Shown in pieces: positions 1 through 8,138 of a stretch of DNA of 64,000 nt; position 1 is the stretch's first letter, and each line of letters opens with the position of its first letter. Origin of the DNA: an uncultured Enterobacteriaceae bacterium (GTDB lineage Bacteria; Myxococcota_A; UBA9042); assembly GCA_964438735.1 (NCBI GenBank), contig CAYTLW010000004.1, positions 51,953-115,952 on the forward strand. The letters run 5' to 3'. The notes beneath the pieces are model-generated. The model worked only from the letters and a program-made list of their open reading frames with translations, was not told the origin of the DNA and did not search any database. The translations under genes and the position numbers were made by a program.

Positions 1-851
1 AGCAGGCCGACGAAGCCGATGATGCCGGCCAGGGCCACCGCCGCCGCCGCCAGGGCGCTCGACAGCCAGACGGCGGCCCGCATGACAGAACCATCGTCGA
101 CGCCGAGTCCCCGAGCGGTGTCGGCACCGAGCGCCAGGGCGTTGAGGTGCACCGCCCGGGCGACCCCCCAGATGCCGGCCAGCACGGCCATGGCGATCGC
201 CGGCAGCACCTGCCAGGCGGCGTCGGCCATCACCCCGCCCATGAGCCATTGGGTCGCCGCCCGAAGCTGCAGGTCGCTGGCCTGATAGAGCAGAAAGGAC
301 GTCGCCGCGCCGGCGAAAGCGGTCAACACCAGGCCGGCCAACAAGACGCGCTCGGGGCTCGCCGGGCCGCCGGTGCGCGCCAGCCAGAACGCCAGCGACA
401 CGGCCACCATGGCGCCGACGAAAGCGGCCAGGGGCTGGACCACGGGCAGCGCGGCGTCCAGGTTGAAGGGCAGCAGATCGCCGGCGGCCGCCGCCAATGT
501 CGCCACGCCAACGGCCGCGAGTGTGGCCCCGGCGCTGGTACCGACCAGGTAGGGATCGGCGACGGGATTGCGAGTGGCCGCCTGCAGCAGCACGCCCGCC
601 AGGGCCAGGCAGGCGCCCACCGCGAAGCTGCCCAGCACGCGCGGCAGGCGCACATCCAGCAGGATCGCGCTGGCGGTGGCGTGGCCGTCCGTGGTCGGGT
701 CCATCAAGCGGGTCAACAGGTCGAGGTTGGAGATGTCCGCCGGCCCGATGAGCATTCCCAGGGCGATGGAAGCCACGGCGATGAGTACCGAGACGCTCCA
801 GAGCAGCAACAATCGGCCGACGCGGCCGTTGGCAGTGCCGTCGCTGCTCAC
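1..851 (-). CDS. FecCD-family ABC transporter permease (BtuC-like), 3' truncated by window edge
   Basis: Hand translation of the minus strand from a GTG at 851..849 gives VSSDGTANGRVGRLLLLWSVSVLIAVASIALGMLIGPADISNLDLLTRLM...LPRVLGSFAVGACLALAGVLLQAATRNPVADPYLVGTSAGA, the classic FecCD/BtuC signature. The GTG overlaps the TGA of the upstream gene as GTGA. The ORF runs off position 1, which is why it is not in the ORF track. Confidence 0.8.
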   Translation of the reverse strand, partial: MSSDGTANGRVGRLLLLWSVSVLIAVASIALGMLIGPADISNLDLLTRLMDPTTDGHATASAILLDVRLPRVLGSFAVGACLALAGVLLQAATRNPVADPYLVGTSAGATLAAVGVATLAAAAGDLLPFNLDAALPVVQPLAAFVGAMVAVSLAFWLARTGGPASPERVLLAGLVLTAFAGAATSFLLYQASDLQLRAATQWLMGGVMADAAWQVLPAIAMAVLAGIWGVARAVHLNALALGADTARGLGVDDGSVMRAAVWLSSALAAAAVALAGIIGFVGL

Positions 852-1800
852 GGTCTGTCCTCCACGATCGGCGCCGGGACCGCGCCCGGGTGCAGGATCG
901 AAGCCAGCTGACGCAAGCCGTGGATCACCCGCGGCCCCGGGCGTGCCACCCAGTCCGTATGCACGGGGTGGATTCGCCCCTTCTGCACCGCCTGCAGGGC
1001 CGACCAGCCCGGCCGGGCGGCCACCGATGCCGCCGACTGCGGGCTGTCGATGACGTCCACATCGGCCAGAACAATGACGTCGGGTCGGGCCACCAGGATG
1101 GCCTCGGCCGAGACCTGCAGCCAGGGCTGGTCGGTGTCGCCGAAGACGTTGATGCCGCCGGCGGCGACGATGAGGTCGTGACCGAAGCTGCCGCTGCCGA
1201 CGGTGTAGGGCCGTCCTCCGGCGCCCGCGTCCATCTCGTAGAACACCCTCGGGCGCTCTCGGCCCGCCACGGCGGCGCGCACGGCCGCGGCGGCTTCATC
1301 GAGGCGCTTGCGCTCCTGCACGGCGCGCTCGGACCGCCCGCAGAGCCGGCCCACCCGCTCAACGGCGGTGCCTACGCCAGCCAGATCCGCCGGCGCGAAG
1401 GCCGCCCAGTTCACGCCCGCCGCGTCCAGGGCGGCGCGCAGCGGTGGCGGCGGCCAGGTGGTCAGCAGCAGGTCCGGTCGGGCGGCCACAATGGACTCGG
1501 CGCCCGGCGCGAAGCTGCCGACCGATTCGATCTTCAGCGCTGCAGCCGGGTGGTCGCTCCACTCGTCGCGCAGCACGATCCGCTCGCCGCAGTCGATGGC
1601 GAAGAGCGCCTCGGTGATGGCCGGAGAAAGGCTGATGATGCGCTCGGCGGGGCGCGCCAGGCGCACCTTGCGGCCCAAATCATCGGTGATTTCCAAGCTG
1701 TCGGGCCCGCTGGCCGGCGCCGTAGCTGGGCCCTGTCGACAGCCGGGGGCCATGAGCAGGCATGTCACCACAAGCAGCGGCCATGGTTGGAGCAGCTCCA
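848..1800 (-). CDS. Periplasmic substrate-binding lipoprotein, BtuF/TroA-like (cobalamin or Fe-siderophore binding)
   Basis: C-terminal 317 aa of track ORF 848..3022. ATG verified at 1800..1798 (ctccat). Signal/lipobox MELLQPWPLLVVTCLLMAPGC. BtuF-like fold motifs are present (RIISLSPAITE, VNVFGD). Sits in operon with TBDR and FecCD permease. Confidence 0.8.
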
Positions 1801-3066
1801 TCAGAATCCCACCAGCTCGGCCGCTCGCAGGCCGTTGGGGTTGCTGTCCAAGGTCGCGATCGGCTCGGCTACGCCATGACCGGCCATGTCGAAGATGAGC
1901 AGATCGCCGTCTTTGGCCCCCCGGTCGGTGACCCAGAGACGACGACGATCGACATCCAGCCACAGGGAAGTCATGGCGAAGGGGCCGCTGGCGTCGGCGA
2001 TCTTGATGGGTTTGCCGCCCTTCAGGTCGAACTGCCACAGGGCATCGGGCACGCCGGCGGTCAGGTCGCCGTCGGTGATCACCCAGCCTCGACCATCCCC
2101 ATCGAGCGCCAGGTCGAAGCCGAAGCCCCGCGTGGTGCCGGTGTCGCTGGCATGGGCGGCCACCGACGCGGTCGTCGCGGTGGCGCCGACGGCCAGATCG
2201 AGGATCTTGGAGAAGGTGTAGCGCTTGCCGTCCGGCTCCTTGTAGAAGCCGCTGCAGACCACCGCAACCCGCTTGCCGGCGCTGCGTGCGGCGGTGCAAT
2301 TCTTGGCCGCCGCCACCGTCAGGACCTGATTCACCTTGCGCGCGACCGGATCGACGATTGCCACACTGCCCTGGCCCATCTGGCCGAAGTCGGTGGCCAC
2401 CGACGCCAGCGGCACCACCAGCTTGCCCCCGGCCATGGTCATGCGCCCGGGCCAGGCATGGGCGTCGGCCAGCGAAGCGTGCTCGGACAGGCCGATGCGA
2501 TGGTCGATCTCGCCGCTGGAGGCGTTCACGTGCACCAGGTCGTCGCCACGGGGCGCGTCGGCGGGCGCCTTGACGTCGCGCTGAGCGCGGCTGACCCACA
2601 ACCCCCCCTTTCCATCGCCGATGGCGTCCTGGGGATTGGCCAGCCAGCCACCTGCCGTCTTCACCTGGCCGAGTACGCCCTCGTCGCTCACATGGGTGAG
2701 CACGCCGCTGGCCCGGTCGATGAGCCAGAAGCTGCCATCGCCCGCCGGACGACGGCCCAGGACCACGTCGCCGCCCAGGGCGGTGCCGCTGCAGGTCACC
2801 CGCGTGCCGCTGTGCAGGAACGCCGCTGAGACCACCTTCATGTTGGCGCGATCGATGATCGACACCTCGGTGGTCTGGAAGTCGGTGCCGACCACGGCCA
2901 GCAGCTCGTCGACCCCTTCCGGCGTCGTCCACCCCGCCGCGCCACCATCGGCGCCGCAGGGACCGTCGGTGTCCGTTGTATCGTCGACGCAACCGGCCAG
3001 CAGGAGCCAGATGAGACACCACAACAGGCCGGTCGCCGACAGCTTGCGGCGATTCAAGTCGGTCAT
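1801..3066 (-). CDS. Lipoprotein, beta-propeller-like, unknown function (possible surface B12-capture accessory, BtuG-like by context)
   Basis: Real start MTDLNRRKLSATGLLWCLIWLLLAGCVDD (ATG at 3066..3064) lies inside track ORF 1801..3483. The lipobox is LLAGC. The protein has repeated ~40-aa segments with WL/WV/VTD signatures suggestive of propeller blades. Its stop TGA at 1801..1803 abuts the next ATG. Confidence 0.6.
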   Translation of the reverse strand: MTDLNRRKLSATGLLWCLIWLLLAGCVDDTTDTDGPCGADGGAAGWTTPEGVDELLAVVGTDFQTTEVSIIDRANMKVVSAAFLHSGTRVTCSGTALGGDVVLGRRPAGDGSFWLIDRASGVLTHVSDEGVLGQVKTAGGWLANPQDAIGDGKGGLWVSRAQRDVKAPADAPRGDDLVHVNASSGEIDHRIGLSEHASLADAHAWPGRMTMAGGKLVVPLASVATDFGQMGQGSVAIVDPVARKVNQVLTVAAAKNCTAARSAGKRVAVVCSGFYKEPDGKRYTFSKILDLAVGATATTASVAAHASDTGTTRGFGFDLALDGDGRGWVITDGDLTAGVPDALWQFDLKGGKPIKIADASGPFAMTSLWLDVDRRRLWVTDRGAKDGDLLIFDMAGHGVAEPIATLDSNPNGLRAAELVGF

Positions 3067-5126
3067 GGTGCGGTCCTCCAGGTCAGATTCAGCATGGCCG
3101 TGCGTCCGGGCAGGGGGTAGCCGATCAGGTCGAAGTTCTCGCGGCCAAGCAGGTTGTCGACGCGCAGGGCGACGCGCAGCCGACCGCTTCGATCCTCGCC
3201 GCCGAAGCCGACATCCAGGCTGGCCCGCGCCGGGACCGCGACCCGATTGGCCCGGTCGGTGAAGTGCCCGGACTGCCAGCGACCCGCCAACCAGCCATCC
3301 AGCCGGCCCATGCGGGCCCACGGGGTGCCTTTGACCGCCAGCCGGCCGCCGATTCGGGCGCGCGGCCGCATGGGCAGGGCGTTGCCGTTGTACTCCGGCT
3401 CGGGCGAGCGATCGCGGCCATGTAACAGGGCGTAGCGGGCGCTCAGTTGAAAGTGCTCGCCGAGGCTGGCCCCTGCCTCGCATTCGCCGCCCAGCAGGAT
3501 CGCCGAACCCAGGTTGTCATGGCGTGCCTGGTGGGCGCTGACCCGGCGCAGCTGGATGAGATCGTCGACCGCCATGGCAAATCCCGACAGGCGCATATGT
3601 AGCCGATGTCGGGTGCCTGCGGTGGTCAGGCGAACGCCCGCATCGAGGCCATGGGAGCGCTCATCGAGCAGCGCTGGATTGCCCAGCACGGTGCCGTCAT
3701 TGCCGAAGAGTTCGGACAGGGTCGGCGCCCGCAAGCCGCGGGTCCAGCCACCGTGCAGCTGCACCCGCTCCTGCACCTGCCAGCTGGCCGCCATTCGCCA
3801 GGTGGTCAGGGCGCGCGGATCGATATGCTCCTGCCGCCAGCCATCGGCCTCTACCGGCAGATTGGCCCGCGTCGATTGCAGCCAGGCCACCGTCACCGAG
3901 GGCAGCAGGCTCACTTCCGGCGACGCCCAACGCAGCGGCAGCCCCAGGCCGCCGGTCACACCGCTGCGATGGGAAGTGGGCGCCTCCAGCCCCGTGCGAT
4001 CGTCGCGCTGGTCGACCGTGCCGTGGTCGGCCGCAACCCGAGCCTCGGCGCGCAAGGGTCCCCAGGCCGGACCCAGCCAGCGCCAGGCGCTCGACAGACC
4101 GGCGATGACCTGGTGCAAGCGCTGCGGCATCCCCAGCTCACCGAGGCTGTCTTCGACCCGCGTATTCCGCCTGGCGGCTTGTACATGACCCTGCAGCCGA
4201 GCGCCCCGCAGGCCTACATGGCGCCCCGATACATGCAGCACGGCGTCGTGAAAGCCGTGGCGCAGGCTCGACTCTTCCGCCTCGAAGAGCGCCACCCCTG
4301 GCAGCCCCTGCTCGCGCCAGCTGCCCAGGTACCTGCCTTCGATCCGCCAGCCGCGACGGGGCCGAAAGGACTGTCGCAGCAGGCCCCCCAGTCGCTGGAT
4401 GTGGTTGTTGCGCCGCAATCGCCAACGGTCGTCGCTGGCATCGAACGCGGTGCCACCATCGAAGGTATAGCCGTGGTCGCCATCGGAGCGCAGCCAGCGC
4501 AGGGCCGCCGTGCCCTCGCCGCCCAGCGCGCGCCAGGACGCGCTGCCCTCGGCCAGGTGGCTGCCATGGCTGCCGGTGGCCAGGCGCAGATCGGCGCCGG
4601 GCGTCTTCGGCCGACGCAGCATCAAGCGCACCGCGCCGCCGATGGATTGGCCGCCCAGGGCCAGGGGCGTCGCGCCGCGATGGATCTCGGCCCGTTCGAG
4701 CTGGCCGATGGGCAGGTCGTCCAGGTCCAGGGGCCGGCCATCCAATGCCTGCAGGGGGACGTCGTCCAACGCGTAGCGGACCTGCTCCAGCGTCGAGCCG
4801 CGGATCCGAAGCGTGGTCACCGCACCGAAGCCGCCCGTACGCTGAACCTGCAAGCCCGCCTGGCGATCCAGGGCGTCGGCCAGGTCGCGATGCTGGCGCC
4901 TCACCTCGGCTCCTTGCAGCACTGTCGCCGCATCGCCCAGTTCGAATTCGGGCTCGTCGTCCACCAGCCTGCGGGCGCGCACCGGCACCGGCGCCACCGC
5001 CGTCGGATCCTGCGCTGCGGTCGCCGTCTGGTGGGCTGGAGCGGGCACCGCCGCCGCGACGGCAGTCGGCCGCAGCAGAATGCATGCGAACAGGAAGAAG
5101 CAGGGCGCAGCGAATCGACCAACCAT
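3063..5126 (-). CDS. btuB: TonB-dependent outer-membrane receptor, BtuB-like
   Basis: Signal peptide MVGRFAAPCFFLFACILLRPTAVAAA starts at an ATG verified at 5126..5124. Plug and barrel motifs are present (VTTLRIRGST, IEGRYLGSWREQGLPG). A cobalamin riboswitch lies immediately 5'. The 830-aa track ORF over-extends N-terminally through the riboswitch. Confidence 0.85.
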   Translation of the reverse strand: MVGRFAAPCFFLFACILLRPTAVAAAVPAPAHQTATAAQDPTAVAPVPVRARRLVDDEPEFELGDAATVLQGAEVRRQHRDLADALDRQAGLQVQRTGGFGAVTTLRIRGSTLEQVRYALDDVPLQALDGRPLDLDDLPIGQLERAEIHRGATPLALGGQSIGGAVRLMLRRPKTPGADLRLATGSHGSHLAEGSASWRALGGEGTAALRWLRSDGDHGYTFDGGTAFDASDDRWRLRRNNHIQRLGGLLRQSFRPRRGWRIEGRYLGSWREQGLPGVALFEAEESSLRHGFHDAVLHVSGRHVGLRGARLQGHVQAARRNTRVEDSLGELGMPQRLHQVIAGLSSAWRWLGPAWGPLRAEARVAADHGTVDQRDDRTGLEAPTSHRSGVTGGLGLPLRWASPEVSLLPSVTVAWLQSTRANLPVEADGWRQEHIDPRALTTWRMAASWQVQERVQLHGGWTRGLRAPTLSELFGNDGTVLGNPALLDERSHGLDAGVRLTTAGTRHRLHMRLSGFAMAVDDLIQLRRVSAHQARHDNLGSAILLGGECEAGASLGEHFQLSARYALLHGRDRSPEPEYNGNALPMRPRARIGGRLAVKGTPWARMGRLDGWLAGRWQSGHFTDRANRVAVPARASLDVGFGGEDRSGRLRVALRVDNLLGRENFDLIGYPLPGRTAMLNLTWRTAP

Positions 5127-5169
5127 CGATCTCCCGTTCCACGAGGAGTCGGATTCAACGCCTGCTGCA

Positions 5170-5345
5170 AGGTTTCCTGGCTCGCGGCTGTGCGACGCCC
5201 CGGAGGCCGTCGCCCGTCGCATCCGCCTTCCCAGTCGCCCCACGGGGGCCGCACCAGTGGCTCGTTGGATGCGCCTCACCGCTGACAGTGGCGGGCCCGC
5301 GCCGGATTCACACCGGCTTCCCTCCACAGCAAGCTCGACCACCAT
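5170..5345 (-). promoter_or_regulatory. Cobalamin (adenosylcobalamin) riboswitch in btuB leader
   Basis: Minus-strand RNA reads ...GAGGGAAGCCGGTGTGAATCCGGCGCGGGCCCGCCACTGTCAGCGGTGAGG...GAGCCACTGGTGCGGCCCCCGTGGGGCGACTGGGAAGGCGG...GAGCCAGGAAACCTTGCAG. This matches the conserved GGGAA / GGTG..AATCC / CCCGCCACTGT core. It also matches the B12 box (rAGYCMGgAgaCCkGCC as AGCCAGGAAACCTTGC). It ends about 45 nt upstream of the btuB ATG. Confidence 0.75.
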
Positions 5346-5409
5346 AGCGCAGCGGTGTTGCGCCGACCAGCCACTTGCGGCCGTGGCGGCGCCCGGGCAC
5401 CCTCCGCCC

Positions 5410-5976
5410 ATGAATGCGAGCGCTTTGAACCACCTGCACGAGATCGACTGGACCACCTGGCAGCCTGTGGATCTGGCGACCCTGCTGTTCGTGATCGATG
5501 GCGACCGGGTGTTGCTGATTCGCAAAAAGCGCGGCCTCGGCGCCGGCCTCATCAACGCGCCGGGCGGTCGCCTGGACCCGGGCGAGACTCCCCGTCAGGC
5601 GGCGGTGCGCGAGGTGCAGGAGGAGTTGGGAATCACCCCCCATTCGCCGACCTGGGGGGGCGAACATCGCTTCCAATTCCGCGACGGTTATTCGCTCTAC
5701 GTGCACGTATTCACCAGTGATCGTTATGACGGCGAGCCCACGGAGACCGATGAGGCGGTGCCGCTGTGGGTCCAGCGCGACGCGATGCCCTACGAGCAGA
5801 TGTGGGCCGACGACAGGTACTGGCTGCCGCTGCTGCTGGCCGGTCAGCGATTCTCGGGGCGCTATATCTTTGATGACCAGGAGATGGTCGCCATGCACAT
5901 CGCCGAGCTGCAGGACGGCGATCCCGACGGTGATGTGGGCGTGCGGCGACCTGAAGATGGTGCCGGCGCGGACTGA
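5410..5976 (+). CDS. NUDIX hydrolase (MutT-like)
   Basis: ATG at 5410 (MNASALNHL...). Nudix box GGRLDPGETPRQAAVREVQEELG is present. Divergent from the riboswitch/btuB leader. Confidence 0.8.
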   Translation: MNASALNHLHEIDWTTWQPVDLATLLFVIDGDRVLLIRKKRGLGAGLINAPGGRLDPGETPRQAAVREVQEELGITPHSPTWGGEHRFQFRDGYSLYVHVFTSDRYDGEPTETDEAVPLWVQRDAMPYEQMWADDRYWLPLLLAGQRFSGRYIFDDQEMVAMHIAELQDGDPDGDVGVRRPEDGAGAD

Positions 5977-5990
5977 GTGCCGCTCGCGAC

Positions 5991-7112
5991 CTACTTCATC
6001 GAGCAATCGACATTGGATGCGCCGCACGACTCGAGGTACAGCGGCTTGTCGTTGTTGGTGAAGGTGCCCAGCTGCAGGTCGCGGATCTTCAGCCAGCCGC
6101 CGTAGCCAACCGCGCCGCTCTGCTCGTCCAACGCCACGGCCCGGATGTCCAGGTTCTTGTCCAGGATGCCGCACACGATCAGGCCGTTGGCGCCCGGGGG
6201 GATGTTGCAGGTCGGCTTGATGAATTGCAGGTCGATGGCGCGCTCGCTCAGGCTGTTCGACGGCCCGAGATCGCAGGGTTTGGCGGCGTCATTGGCGGTC
6301 AGGGGCACGATAACGGCCGCGCCGGGGCGGCGGACCTCGACCTTGATGATGCTGATGCCGTTGCCGCCGCAGGTCTTGCCGTTGGAGAACTGCCACGGGA
6401 TGTTGATGCTGGCGCGCAGGTCGATGATGTTCTCGGGCGCGGCCAACGCGGTGATGGTATTGGACGCCAGGCCGATGGGACCGATCACGTTGAGGTTGCC
6501 GTAGAAGGCGTGTTCGTTCTTGTCCACGCCGTCGATCTGGAGCCACACATCGCCCGGCGCCAGCCCATCGATGGCCACCTGGCCGACCGTGCATGCCACC
6601 GTGGTCTGGGCCAGCGCCTTGGTCAGTTTGCTGTCGAAGACGGTGACCGAGACGGAATCGAGGCTCAGCTGGGCACAGCCGGTGGCCGGGGCCATGCCGG
6701 CGACGGTCCACTTGACGCGCACGCCTGCGTCACCGCTGCCGGTGCCGCTCTTGAGCACCAGCTCCGGCGACAGGGTGTTGGTGTCGGACTCCACCTGCAG
6801 CCCGCCGAGGCTGGCCGTGCGGATGGTCTTGCCCGAGCCGCTCAGGCCGACCACGACCACGTCGTAGTGGCCCGGCTCCAGGGCGAAGGAGTGAAAGCCC
6901 TTGCTGCAGGCCAGTTGGGGCGACTCGTCGTAGAGCTGGCCGCCCTTTTCGATGCGTACCCGCACGCCGGCGATGCCGGAGCAGGCGACGGGACTGTTAT
7001 CCCAGCGGACCTCCAGCACACCGGTGTTGGAGGTGGCGTGAACGATGCAACCGCTGATGACAAGGGCGCACGCCATGGCGCCGACAAGGCTCGTCCTGGT
7101 GATGTTCGACAT
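5991..7112 (-). CDS. Hypothetical secreted lipoprotein
   Basis: Track ORF; signal/lipobox MACALVISGC. No recognisable catalytic motifs; Gly/Ser-rich, probably a beta-rich fold. Confidence 0.6.
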   Translation of the reverse strand: MSNITRTSLVGAMACALVISGCIVHATSNTGVLEVRWDNSPVACSGIAGVRVRIEKGGQLYDESPQLACSKGFHSFALEPGHYDVVVVGLSGSGKTIRTASLGGLQVESDTNTLSPELVLKSGTGSGDAGVRVKWTVAGMAPATGCAQLSLDSVSVTVFDSKLTKALAQTTVACTVGQVAIDGLAPGDVWLQIDGVDKNEHAFYGNLNVIGPIGLASNTITALAAPENIIDLRASINIPWQFSNGKTCGGNGISIIKVEVRRPGAAVIVPLTANDAAKPCDLGPSNSLSERAIDLQFIKPTCNIPPGANGLIVCGILDKNLDIRAVALDEQSGAVGYGGWLKIRDLQLGTFTNNDKPLYLESCGASNVDCSMK

Positions 7113-7284
7113 GATGTCCTCCCGACCCCGTCAACGCCGCAGGTCCGGGCCTATTCACGTGGCCTCGGGGGCGCCAATGCTGGCGCCACGACCCTGGAAA
7201 TTTGACCCCGTCTCCGCACGTTGCAGCATGGAAGAGGCGTCTGGTGGCCCGCGACGGGCGGCCGACGCCCGGCCCGGAGACGAC

Positions 7285-8115
7285 ATGTTCCCCTCCAGCC
7301 ATCGGCTCTTGGTACCCGGACATGGAGCGATCCACAAGGCTTGTTTGCGGCTCGTCGCCGTGCTGCTCGCCATGGGCCTGTGCGGCGCCTGTACGGCCAC
7401 CGGACCGGGTGCCGGCCGGCTCGACAGGGCGCGGACCATCGGCCTGCTCGACGGCGGCGAACGAGGCCACTTCCTGCGGCCCGCACCCGAACCCAAGCTT
7501 CGCCGCGCCGTGCGCCGGCCAGCCGGACCCGCCAACGTTTCGCCCTATCGCAGTCGGCAACGGGCAGCGAAGTCGATTCGTTACAAGCCGCAAAGCCACC
7601 GGGGCGCCGCGCGGGCCAATATGGGCAACGCCTCCCTGCGGGCTCGCCAGCGCATCGACGCCGCCCGCGCATGGCTCGGCACCGCCGGTCGCGCCGGCCA
7701 ACCCTTCGTGGCCCAGGTGCTGCGCTCATCTGGCCAGGCCATCGACTTGCCCGGCGACCGGCCCTACGCGCCGACCCTTTACGCCTACCTGCGCCAACGT
7801 GGGGCGTCGATCAAGCGCGGCGAGTCGCGACCCGGCGACCTGGTCTTCTTCCGCAACACCCTCGACCTGAACGGCAACACCAAGCCCGACGACGGCGTGA
7901 CTTTCGTCGCGGTGGTCGAACAGGTGACCGATGAACGCATCATCTTCGTCGGCCTGCGGGCCGGCCGCGTGCGTCGAATGGCCCTGAGCCTGAAGGCGCC
8001 CGATCGGGTGCGGGACGCCGGCGGCCAGGTGCTCAATACCCGCCTGGTGCACTGGCCGGGCGCGGACGCGCCGCTGACGGCAGGCCGCTGTTTCGCCGCC
8101 TTTGCGCGTCCATGA
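7285..8115 (+). CDS. Exported protein with NlpC/P60-like C-terminal motif (GDLVFF) but no catalytic Cys
   Basis: ATG at 7285 (MFPSSHRLLVPGHGAIHKACLRLVAVLLAMGLCGAC signal). RPGDLVFFRNT resembles C40 peptidases, but the expected xDCSG catalytic Cys position reads FVAQVLRSSG. Confidence 0.45.
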   Translation: MFPSSHRLLVPGHGAIHKACLRLVAVLLAMGLCGACTATGPGAGRLDRARTIGLLDGGERGHFLRPAPEPKLRRAVRRPAGPANVSPYRSRQRAAKSIRYKPQSHRGAARANMGNASLRARQRIDAARAWLGTAGRAGQPFVAQVLRSSGQAIDLPGDRPYAPTLYAYLRQRGASIKRGESRPGDLVFFRNTLDLNGNTKPDDGVTFVAVVEQVTDERIIFVGLRAGRVRRMALSLKAPDRVRDAGGQVLNTRLVHWPGADAPLTAGRCFAAFARP

Positions 8116-8138
8116 CAGGCCCGTGACGGATAGCCGCG

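Noticed and set aside
848-3022. Track ORF of 724 aa spanning two genes
   Set aside because: It is in fact two genes: the btuF-like gene (848..1800) and the beta-propeller lipoprotein (1801..3066). The lipoprotein starts at an internal Met with a lipobox. Upstream of that Met the ORF is antisense-type, low-complexity sequence.
3606-5285. Long plus-strand ORF (559 aa) antisense to btuB. Similar long antisense ORFs occur at 11002..12855 (-), 15308..17635 (-), 1762..2829 (+), 27145..28317 (+), 34817..38242 (+) and 59957..63778 (-).
   Set aside because: These are stop-codon-poor frames typical of ~70% GC DNA. The translations are Ala/Arg/Gly/Pro-rich with no domain signatures, and each overlaps a well-supported gene on the other strand.
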